IMG/VR virus record: IMGVR_UViG_3300045988_179273
Source of the DNA: a virus
Length of the DNA stretch: 47,334 nucleotides
Reading direction: 5' to 3' (one strand)
The translations under genes were made by a program, and so were the position numbers. The notes below the pieces were generated by a model. The model searched no databases. It saw only the letters and a list, made by a program, of their open reading frames with translations, and was not told the origin of the DNA. This document shows positions 8,648 to 15,838 of this stretch, piece by piece. Numbering within the stretch: position 1 is the stretch's first letter; each line of letters opens with the position of its first letter.

Positions 8648-9736
8648 ATGGCTATCGGATACATCAAGCGCGTTGCTGGGCCGTTTACGGGGGCCGGCAC
8701 AACGTCTCTACCATTCGGATTTCTTGTCTATAAGCCCCAGGACGTTTATGTCGCCTTGGCCGCGTCTGATATTGCCGAGGCTACGAATCTTGAGTACGGT
8801 ACTGATTACACGGTTGTTTTGAATGCTGACCAGGAGACAACTCCCGGTGGTACGGTGACGCTTACGACGGCTTTGACAGAAGGACAAGTCGCAGCGGTTG
8901 GTTCTGCGCTGGATTACACGCAGCCGACACAGCTTACGAATTTCTCGCGTTTTCCTCCGGAAATCATCAATGATGCACTCGATCGCATCGTGATTCTGAT
9001 ACAGCAGCTACTTGAAAGGTTAGGACGAACGGTTACGGTTCCGGTTACGTCTAGCCAAACTCCGGAAGAGCTTGTTGAGTCGCTACAGAAGGCAGCCGAA
9101 TCTGCCGAGAAAGTGGCATCCGCATATGCGGCCCAAGCCGGCACAAGTGCAGCAGCGAGCGCTGCCTCCGCCACGCTTGCCGAGCAATGGGCCACCAAAA
9201 CCGACGGCAAGGTTCAGGACATCGACTACAGCGCAAAGCACTACGCTTTGGATGCCAGGCAAACCGCAGCCGAGTTACCTGCCAAAGAGCTTGAGTTGGA
9301 GGCGCAGTTAACCGCCCACACGGATACACAGATTGCACGCATTGACGATAAGACAGATGCCGTGCTGGCGGTCAACGCAACGGGGTGCGCAGAGAAGACG
9401 TGGACGCTTACTGCTGACGTTGCGGCCAATACCGAAATCACGATTCCGGGCGGAATCTACTACGTTGTAGGCCGTCACCATTTGCGAGTCGGGTACAACG
9501 GCTTGACGTGCTACATCGGCAGCAATTTCGTTGAGGTCGGGAACACGGACACGAAATCCAACAAATTCAAATTGACCTTTGATGCGAAGTCGGGCGATGA
9601 GCTTGACGTCTGGGTTGCAGCGCTCGGCAAGGCGGATGTGGCGGATGCAATCAATACCGCGCAGGCTGCCAACGATGCGGTTGCAGAACTGAGCCAGAAG
9701 GTTGTTTACAAAGATGCTGAATCGGCAGGGAGTTAA
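8648..9736 (+). CDS. Tail fibre / tail-associated protein
   Basis: ORF from 8615; first ATG at 8648 after aaggag. N-terminal beta region, then the Ala-rich helical stretch AEKVASAYAAQAGTSAAASAASATLAEQWA typical of fibre shafts. First gene of the plus-strand fibre cluster. Confidence 0.6.
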   Translation: MAIGYIKRVAGPFTGAGTTSLPFGFLVYKPQDVYVALAASDIAEATNLEYGTDYTVVLNADQETTPGGTVTLTTALTEGQVAAVGSALDYTQPTQLTNFSRFPPEIINDALDRIVILIQQLLERLGRTVTVPVTSSQTPEELVESLQKAAESAEKVASAYAAQAGTSAAASAASATLAEQWATKTDGKVQDIDYSAKHYALDARQTAAELPAKELELEAQLTAHTDTQIARIDDKTDAVLAVNATGCAEKTWTLTADVAANTEITIPGGIYYVVGRHHLRVGYNGLTCYIGSNFVEVGNTDTKSNKFKLTFDAKSGDELDVWVAALGKADVADAINTAQAANDAVAELSQKVVYKDAESAGS

Positions 9737-9742
9737 TACATC

Positions 9743-10714
9743 ATGGCGAACTTAGTTGAGACAACACTTTATTCTCATGAAGGTGCAACAAACACGCCTC
9801 TTGCGCCTGCGACCAAAGCGACGCAGGTGCAGATTGCGAACGTTGAAGGGCAAGCGTCTAATGTGGAGTCGGAAATCGTTGCGCTCCGCACAAAACTCAA
9901 TCAGGCGATTGACGCAGGCGTTCACTTCCGTGGCGCAGTCAATTCGACAACGCCATTGCCGACCGTTGCATACAAAGCAGGCTGGCAGTACATCGTGGGC
10001 GAGGCAGGCACATATGCCGGCAACGTGTGCGAGGCGGGCGACTACATCATCTGCGTGAAGGACTACGCAAGTGGGAGCGCATCCGATTCGGATTGGACTG
10101 TCTTGCAGAAAAACCTTGACGGTGCAGTGACAGGACCGTCAACGAGTGTTGCCAATCACGTGGCCGTGTTCGATGGCACAGGTGGCTCGAAGATTAAGGA
10201 CAGCGGTTTCACAATCGGGAAGAGTGTTCCTGCGGATGCGCAATTTACGGACACACAGTACAAGCCTGCGACCGATAAAGCCGATGGCTTAATGACGGCT
10301 GCGCAGTACACAAAACTTGCAGGCATCGAGACGGGTGCAGACAAGACTGACGCTGACAATGTGGAGGCAGCAGGTGCTTTCATGAAGGCTACGGACAATT
10401 TGGACTCCGTGGCTGACAGCACGACCTACGTGAAGATGAAAGCGACCGAGCGCACGAAGCTCGAAGGCGTTGCGACCGGCGCTGAAGTCAATCAGAACGC
10501 TTTCGCAAAAGTGAAAGTGGGCGAGACAACCATTACCGCAGGTGCAAAGCAAGACACACTGGAGATTGAAGCGGGCGAGGGCGTGACGATTACGGCCAGT
10601 GGCAAGAAGGTCACGATCAAAGAGACATACATCGATTCGTGCGTTGTCAGCTCTTTGGACAACGTACCTGCGAATCTGCGCAATGGTGGCTTGATCATCT
10701 TGAAGGATGCCTAA
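9743..10714 (+). CDS. Tail fibre-like protein
   Basis: 323-aa ORF with repeated T/D/K-rich segments (KADGLMTAAQYTKLAGIETGADKT..., ERTKLEGVATGAEVN) and a DGAVTGPSTSV..VAVFDGTGGSKIKDSG motif seen in fibre proteins. Confidence 0.55.
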   Translation: MANLVETTLYSHEGATNTPLAPATKATQVQIANVEGQASNVESEIVALRTKLNQAIDAGVHFRGAVNSTTPLPTVAYKAGWQYIVGEAGTYAGNVCEAGDYIICVKDYASGSASDSDWTVLQKNLDGAVTGPSTSVANHVAVFDGTGGSKIKDSGFTIGKSVPADAQFTDTQYKPATDKADGLMTAAQYTKLAGIETGADKTDADNVEAAGAFMKATDNLDSVADSTTYVKMKATERTKLEGVATGAEVNQNAFAKVKVGETTITAGAKQDTLEIEAGEGVTITASGKKVTIKETYIDSCVVSSLDNVPANLRNGGLIILKDA

Positions 10715-10854
10715 TGTTGACTGAACTTCGTCAGGTGCTTAAAGACCCAATCTCTAGAAAGTTTTTCTGGAAGGGCGTTCGAGACGGTTTGGTTATCGGA
10801 TGCCTAATCATGCTTCCGGCCTTCCTTATCGTTTGCTTGAGGGTTTTTGAATGA
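10714..10854 (+). CDS. Small membrane protein (46 aa)
   Basis: ATG 10714 overlaps the upstream TAA (TAATG), and the stop overlaps the next ATG (ATGA). Hydrophobic segment VIGCLIMLPAFLIVCL. Confidence 0.45.
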   Translation: MLTELRQVLKDPISRKFFWKGVRDGLVIGCLIMLPAFLIVCLRVFE

Positions 10855-11360
10855 CTGACAGCCTGTACGTCAAAACAGCGGGCGGAATCCTCCCGATTGC
10901 CATCGAGGGCACGGGAGGGAGCGGTGGCTCTACGACGATTGAAGCGGAGACGCACACGATAACGGAGACGGCAACGAGTGCGCAGTCGTACTCGATTGGC
11001 AATTGCGCCTACGTGATGGTTTTCGTGAATTCTGTCTTAGGTGTGGACGGCGTGACCTATGGCATCACGGGCGGGACGACGTTGCAGTTTACCGACGTGA
11101 TTCCTGTTGGTAGTGAGGTTGTCATCGTCAAATTCAAGACCGCAGGGAGCGTCACGCCGACACCGACGTATGCGATTGACAGCGCGCTGTCTGCGACTTC
11201 GACTAACGCGGTACAGAACAGGGTGGTGAAGGCGGCGATTGACGGAAAGGCGGACGAGGCGCAAGTAAACGAAATCTTGAGTCCGCTAAACACGAAGGTC
11301 ACGAGTTTACAAGCGTCAATTGATTCGGCTTACGCCAAATATGTTGCGGAGATTAGGTAA
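10851..11360 (+). CDS. Tail fibre protein (short)
   Basis: 169 aa. Contains the fibre motif DSALSATSTNAVQNRVVKAAIDGK, which recurs in the 12910 gene (DSALSSTSENPVQNKVITSALDGK). Confidence 0.6.
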   Translation: MTDSLYVKTAGGILPIAIEGTGGSGGSTTIEAETHTITETATSAQSYSIGNCAYVMVFVNSVLGVDGVTYGITGGTTLQFTDVIPVGSEVVIVKFKTAGSVTPTPTYAIDSALSATSTNAVQNRVVKAAIDGKADEAQVNEILSPLNTKVTSLQASIDSAYAKYVAEIR

Positions 11361-11874
11361 TGGCGACATTAGAAGAAATGGTGGATAAAGCAATACAAGT
11401 AGCCGTGTTACGGGCACATCCCGTCGGGAGTTACTTCATCACGGAATCCGCCGACAACCCTCACGAAATTTTAGGGGGGGGGTATGGCAAAAATTGGAAG
11501 GGCGATTCCTGCTCGGCGCAAATGCGTCGTACTCCATTGGAAGTGAGGGAGGCGAGGATATGCACACACTGACAGAGAACGAATTGCCATCGCATACACA
11601 CGACGCAACGATTAAAGCGTTCACGTACAACGGTAACAAGATTCAGTTTTTCAATGCCGCGAGCGCAAATAAAGGTGGCTCGTGGTATGGAGACTCGGAG
11701 TTTTCAATCGCGGCGGCGCGAAAGCTGAACGGAACGTCTGGCGTTCAGCACGTCCTAACCGAAGCGAACTTAATTACACGTAAAGCAATTGATACGGCAA
11801 ATACAGGTGGTGGCGCATCCCACAACAATATGCCGCCCTACCGAGCCGTGAACATTTGGAAGAGGACAGCGTAA
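11360..11874 (+). pseudogene. Tail-collar-type fibre gene split by a frameshift at a G9 tract
   Basis: The upstream frame ends ...AHPVGSYFITESADNPHEILGGG. The next frame continues VWQKLEGRFLLGANASYSIGSEGGEDMHTLTENELPSHTH...GGGASHNNMPPYRAVNIWKRTA, together one tail-collar-type protein. G10 or G7 would restore a single ORF of about 171 aa. Confidence 0.8.
11474..11482 (+). repeat. Homopolymeric G9 tract at the frameshift point
   Basis: Counted directly: ttaggggggg|gg = 9 consecutive G. Confidence 0.95.
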
Positions 11875-12320
11875 TGGCTACGTTTGAAGAGACAATCGAG
11901 AAGGCTGTTCAGGCGGCGGTCAAGAGGGCAAACGCTTATACCGATACGAAGGTCGGGGCATTGCCTCGAATCCCTCATATTTATGCCACAACGATGGTCG
12001 GTCTCGGCTTCACCAAAGGCGCAACGGTATCCGTCAAAGACTTCCTGTTGGCGCTTTACAACCAGGGCTACCAAGCAGGCGACATTGTCTCGTTCGGCTA
12101 TCTGGACGCAGGCGCGGCCATTGTTTCCGACGGAACGAACACAATCAACATCAATTGCGTGGACGTAATCATCGGCACGCTTCAGAACTTAAACAACGCA
12201 TGGGCACGCGCTTCCGTCCTCGTGTTCGGGACGGGCTACGCAGGCAAATGCGCGCGCATCGGAGCGAGTACCGGCGGAACGGCAGGCACGTTATTCGTTG
12301 GTGAAGTGCAGAACTTATAG
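11874..12320 (+). CDS. Fibre-cluster protein sharing the N-terminal module of the preceding gene
   Basis: ATG 11874 overlaps TAA (TAATG). N-terminus MATFEETIEKAVQAAVKRANA versus MATLEEMVDKAIQVAVLRAHP at 11360. Confidence 0.6.
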   Translation: MATFEETIEKAVQAAVKRANAYTDTKVGALPRIPHIYATTMVGLGFTKGATVSVKDFLLALYNQGYQAGDIVSFGYLDAGAAIVSDGTNTININCVDVIIGTLQNLNNAWARASVLVFGTGYAGKCARIGASTGGTAGTLFVGEVQNL

Positions 12321-12331
12321 GAGATAGACAT

Positions 12332-12907
12332 ATGTCTGAAACAACTTACATCGGAACGCAATTCGCCAAGCCGTTGCAGAACGACAAGATTGAGCAAAAC
12401 ACAGGTACTGAAGAGTTACCGCGTTACGAACTTGTCGACAACCCTGCCCCGAACACGTATAAAAAGTATGCGGAAGCGGCGCAATGGTGCAACGAAGATG
12501 GCTGGGCGACGATTGAGGACAAGGGTGATTACTACGAAGTGGTTGCAATTCCTAAACCGCCCGAGCCAACAGCCGAAGAGATTGCCGAGCGAGAAGCGGC
12601 CGAGGCTCTTACGCAAGCCAAGAAAGAGCGAGCCGAGGCGGTGAGCAGGTTGACGGTTACGGTCGATGGCATGGTATTTGACGCAGACGAAACGAGCCAA
12701 AACCGTATGAGCCGTGTGGTCGCGGGTGCGCAGGCTCTTGGCATTGACCAAAGCACAACGCAAGTTTGGGTGCTGGCTGACAATACAGTGGCAACACCGA
12801 CCGTTGCGCAGTTAGCGCAGGCGCTGAAACTTGCGGGCGCAGCGCAGACAGCGCTGTGGACTGTCCCGTACCAGACCGAAACCGAAACGAACACCACCGG
12901 AGAATAA
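12332..12907 (+). CDS. DUF4376-like fibre-associated protein (possible fibre assembly/accessory protein)
   Basis: 191 aa with SD aggag. C-terminal LTVTVDGMVFDADETSQNRMSRVV...VWVLADNTVATPTVAQLAQAL resembles the DUF4376 pattern found next to fibre genes (recollection). Confidence 0.5.
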   Translation: MSETTYIGTQFAKPLQNDKIEQNTGTEELPRYELVDNPAPNTYKKYAEAAQWCNEDGWATIEDKGDYYEVVAIPKPPEPTAEEIAEREAAEALTQAKKERAEAVSRLTVTVDGMVFDADETSQNRMSRVVAGAQALGIDQSTTQVWVLADNTVATPTVAQLAQALKLAGAAQTALWTVPYQTETETNTTGE

Positions 12908-12909
12908 TC

Positions 12910-13800
12910 ATGGCATTCCCGAAACTACTACAAAAACTTTTCCAGAACAATGGAGCGGGGGACAAACTCAATCCCGACATCATCCCCGACATCCCGTACT
13001 CCAAAGTCACCGACGCGCCTTCCGTTGATTCTGCGCTCTCGTCTACGAGCGAGAACCCTGTTCAGAACAAAGTTATCACCTCCGCCCTTGATGGGAAATT
13101 AAGTACAAGTGGCGGTACAGTTAACGGTCCGGTAACAATCGCTAGTACAATTACCACTAGCGAGTTAGCAAGACCCGCCGGGGTGAAAGAGTTCTATATA
13201 CGGGGCAAAGATGATGACGGATGCCTTCAGCTCTATCCCGGGGGGACTTCCAGTTTTTCCGCTAAGAAAACTGCCTCGCTTCTTCTAACTACTATAAACT
13301 ACACTGGCATCTCAATCCCTGCGGGGTCGTTCTATTTAAATGCTATGGATGCCACTACAGGGGCAAAGTCGCTTGTAGGCTCACCCAACGGCACATTGTG
13401 GTGGTGCGGAAAGAGTCTCACGGGAGGGCTAACCGTCGTCGCCGAGTCCTACAGCGCTAACTCCTGGTACCGCAAATACTCCGACGGGTGGATTGAGCAG
13501 TGGGTGCTTACGCCACAAGTGAGTTTTACAAGTTGGAATCAGACGAAAACGTGGGTTACATTCCCTGTCGCTCTTACATCCACCTTTTATTGGACAATTG
13601 CTGGTAATCGCCAAACTTCATATAGTAGCTATTACAGCCAAGAATCGGGTGATTCAGGCGTTGATACCTATAAAGGCTTAGTTACGCTTACCGTTAATAA
13701 AACAGGGATAACAGGTAAATCCTCATGGCCATCAGGGTCAGACCACTACAATACTGTTACTTTGCCTGCAAACGAATGGCTTTACGTATTCGGCAAATAA
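12910..13800 (+). CDS. Tail fibre with switchable C-terminal receptor-binding domain (expressed orientation)
   Basis: ATG 12910 after ggaga. Fibre motif DSALSSTSENPVQNKVITSALDGK. C-terminal SANSWYRKYSDGWIEQ... domain. The coding sequence contains the left inverted repeat at 13455-13500. Confidence 0.75.
   Translation: MAFPKLLQKLFQNNGAGDKLNPDIIPDIPYSKVTDAPSVDSALSSTSENPVQNKVITSALDGKLSTSGGTVNGPVTIASTITTSELARPAGVKEFYIRGKDDDGCLQLYPGGTSSFSAKKTASLLLTTINYTGISIPAGSFYLNAMDATTGAKSLVGSPNGTLWWCGKSLTGGLTVVAESYSANSWYRKYSDGWIEQWVLTPQVSFTSWNQTKTWVTFPVALTSTFYWTIAGNRQTSYSSYYSQESGDSGVDTYKGLVTLTVNKTGITGKSSWPSGSDHYNTVTLPANEWLYVFGK
13455..13500. repeat. Left inverted repeat of the invertible fibre segment
   Basis: cgctaacTCctggtaccgcaaatactccgacgggtggattgagcag equals the reverse complement of 14065-14110, except for 2 nt (TC vs AG, both Ser codons). 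The core 13464-13500 is 37/37 identical. Confidence 0.95.
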
Positions 13801-14130
13801 CTACTTGCCACAGGCATATATCTCATAGGCAAAATAATCATAAGATGGGAAGTAAGTGCCGATGTTTATACCTGTAGTGGTTTTACTAAAGCTAGTGTAT
13901 TGTATTTCGTCAGGTAGACTTTCATCGCCAGAAGACATGTTATATGTTTTTAAACTTGATGCGACTTTGGCATCACAAGCAAAATATTGAGTATTGGAGA
14001 ACGCTAGGGGAAATGAAAGCATTACGTAATTAGTGCCTTTTGCCTTGAATGAGCCACTAATACCCTGCTCAATCCACCCGTCGGAGTATTTGCGGTACCA
14101 GCTGTTAGCGGGGCCGTTTTCGGAAAGCAA
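13801..14130 (-). other. Silent alternative fibre C-terminal cassette (no ATG, no SD)
   Basis: The minus-strand frame is preceded by TAA and opens ...ENGPANSWYRKYSDGWIEQGISGSF...YEIYACGK*. It shares ANSWYRKYSDGWIEQ with the expressed gene. Its stop abuts the stop of 12910..13800 exactly (13800|13801). Confidence 0.75.
14065..14110. repeat. Right inverted repeat of the invertible fibre segment
   Basis: Reverse complement matches 13455-13500 (44/46; 37-nt perfect core 14065-14101). Confidence 0.95.
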
Positions 14131-14196
14131 TTAACTTGCTGATGATTCAAACAGAAGCTAAACTCCACTCTGACTCAATAGAGGGGAGGGGTTTGC

Positions 14197-14595
14197 ATGA
14201 AAAAGTATCTTTTCAGCAGTTTCGCCTTGTGCGCAGCATTGGCTTTAGTTGGATGCCAAGCGCCGTACACAAACAATATGCCTGCGCCGCAGGAAACGAC
14301 GCTAGGCACAGTACAGAAAGCCATCCACAAGGGCATGACGCAGGACGAAGTGGTTGCAGAACTCGGCGCGCCCAACATGGTCAGCCGAGATAAGGAAGGT
14401 CTTGAGGTTTGGGTTTATGACAAGGCAAGCACCACCGTGACTACTTCCGGCTCGTCTTCCTACGGCACGCTGATTTTAGTCGGAGCATCGGCTCATCAAT
14501 CGGCTAGCTCGATTTCCCAGAAATCGCTCACGTTGATTTTGAAATTCAAGGACGCTGTTCTGTCCGAATACTCGTATCGCTACTCAACTTTCTAA
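14197..14595 (+). CDS. Lipoprotein (moron)
   Basis: SD gaggggagggg. Signal peptide with lipobox MKKYLFSSFALCAALALVGC. The mature part (GMTQDEVVAELGAPNMVSRDKEGLEVWVY) looks like a BamE/SmpA-OmlA-type fold. Confidence 0.75.
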   Translation: MKKYLFSSFALCAALALVGCQAPYTNNMPAPQETTLGTVQKAIHKGMTQDEVVAELGAPNMVSRDKEGLEVWVYDKASTTVTTSGSSSYGTLILVGASAHQSASSISQKSLTLILKFKDAVLSEYSYRYSTF

Positions 14596-14607
14596 CCGGG
14601 AGTCCAA

Positions 14608-15107
14608 ATGAAAAAACTTTGTTTCCTTGCGCTAGCTGTTCCGATGTTGTTCACGGGGTGCGTGACTGTTGCGTGACTGTTGATTCTGTCTTTGGTGAAG
14701 CCGATGCTCCGGTTTCGGCCGTTGCGTTACAGGCTTTGCAAACACGCGAGTTTAATGCGACGCAAGATCAAGCATTTCAATCTGTTATCTCTACGTTCCA
14801 AGACTATGGTTATGTGGTTACGTCTGCAGACAAAGCGACCGGCTTAATCATGGGCAAGACGACTTCCGATGCGACAATCAGTGGCTTCACAGGGATTACA
14901 CGTGTTGAGTACAACAAGGCATCTGCCTTTATTGAACAATTAAGCGCGAACAAGGTAAAGATTCGCGTGAGCATTGTTAAGTACGTTTCAGCAACAGGGG
15001 CTTATGGCGGAGGAGGAGAGAAGGAAGTGGTTCGCACGAAGCCGCAGGTTTACCAAGACATCTTCAACAAAATTGAGCAGTCGCTTTTCTTGAAAAAGAA
15101 TCTCTAA
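14608..15107 (+). pseudogene. Second lipoprotein gene, frameshifted by an 11-bp tandem duplication
   Basis: ATG 14608 (SD gggag) gives MKKLCFLALAVPMLFTGCVTVA, then stop at 14674. Deleting one copy of tgcgtgactgt joins it in frame to VTVDSVFGEADAPVSAVALQ... (ORF ending 15107), giving about 162 aa. Confidence 0.8.
14659..14682 (+). repeat. 11-bp perfect tandem duplication (tgcgtgactgt x2, plus tg)
   Basis: Read directly: ggg tgcgtgactgt tgcgtgactgt tgattc. Confidence 0.95.
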
Positions 15108-15113
15108 AACAAA

Positions 15114-15137
15114 GGCCCCGTTCATGGGGCTTTTTTT
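15114..15137 (+). terminator. Rho-independent terminator after the lipoprotein pair
   Basis: gcccc-gttcat-ggggc followed by ttttttt, 7 nt after the stop at 15107. Confidence 0.85.
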
Positions 15138-15226
15138 CGCTATCCCCTACAACGTGAAGATGAGGAAAGGAAGTAAAGAGACGTCTCGGCCAGCTATAAG
15201 CCTTTGCTCAATTGGAGGAATCTAAA

Positions 15227-15613
15227 ATGTATGAAGTTTTTGGTTTCTTTGCGTTTGTTGCCTGTTTTGCGACTTACGGCATTTTGAAGGCGCTTTATAA
15301 GTATGCTGAAGATTTTTATTACTTTGATAACGATGGAGACGTAGCGAATTGGATTGTCGACGGACTCTTCGTTATCGGGATGATTGCTCTGAAATTGGTT
15401 TTGAACCCTCATGGCGACTTTTCGCCGATTACTATCGTCAGATTGGTTTTGATAGGTTATTTCTTTTCGGGAACATTTTCAATCGTCTCGTACTTTTGCC
15501 ATGGAAGAATTCCTGCCAGCCGTTTCTGGGCATTCGCATTCCGTTGGAATTCTCTAAGATTAGTAGCCTTTGTTCTCCTGTACTCTGTAGTTTTTATCGT
15601 TCTTTTTCAGTAG
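15227..15613 (+). CDS. Polytopic membrane protein (moron)
   Basis: ATG 15227 after ggaggaatctaaa. 128 aa with about 4 hydrophobic segments (VFGFFAFVACFATYGIL, LFVIGMIALKLVL, IVRLVLIGYFFSGTFSIVSYF, LVAFVLLYSVVFIVLF). Confidence 0.65.
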   Translation: MYEVFGFFAFVACFATYGILKALYKYAEDFYYFDNDGDVANWIVDGLFVIGMIALKLVLNPHGDFSPITIVRLVLIGYFFSGTFSIVSYFCHGRIPASRFWAFAFRWNSLRLVAFVLLYSVVFIVLFQ

Positions 15614-15640
15614 TTCTTGTTGCTGGTCGCCGGAATACAA

Positions 15641-15658
15641 AGCCCCTTTGTGGGGGCT
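15641..15658 (+). terminator. Probable terminator hairpin after the membrane-protein gene
   Basis: agcccc-tttgt-gggggct followed by a weak T tract (tattagtg). Confidence 0.45.
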
Positions 15659-15704
15659 TATTAGTGCCTGTGTTGCATCTATCAAATTATGCAACATTTC
15701 CTCT

Positions 15705-15713
15705 CCTGTCAAA
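15705..15713. repeat. Left copy of the target-site duplication (cctgtcaaa)
   Basis: Identical 9-mer immediately outside both IS ends (15705-15713 and 17901-17909). Confidence 0.8.
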
Positions 15714-15838
15714 TGTTGGGCGAACTCTTAAAGTACCCCCGAAACGAACTTTAATTTGACCCCCTTGGGAGTCAAAAAATGGGGAAACTAAGAGATCAAA
15801 CACATAATGAGGGTTTCCATTTCAAAAGGAGACCCGAC

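Noticed and set aside
11474-11482. Programmed -1 ribosomal frameshifting as the main explanation for the split collar-fibre gene
   Set aside because: GGG GGG GGG is not a canonical X XXY YYZ heptamer with a downstream pseudoknot. Tract-length variation or a homopolymer error explains it more simply. It is kept open as an alternative in the finding.
8648-14130. A diversity-generating retroelement (the head genes recall BPP-1-like phages, which carry one next to the fibre gene)
   Set aside because: There is no reverse-transcriptase ORF (no YxDD-type motif in any ORF) and no template/variable repeat pair with A-specific differences. The only repeat in the fibre gene is the inverted 46-mer, which differs at 2 synonymous positions.
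13455-15700. A classical Gin/Hin/Cin-type serine invertase adjacent to the invertible segment
   Set aside because: The ORFs downstream are two lipoproteins and a membrane protein. No ~190-aa resolvase/invertase-like ORF exists anywhere in the circle, so the system cannot be called a standard Gin-type shufflon.
15349-15759. 136-aa plus-strand ORF
   Set aside because: It is an alternative frame of the membrane-protein gene that runs through its terminator and across the IS21 left boundary at 15714, so it cannot be a native gene.
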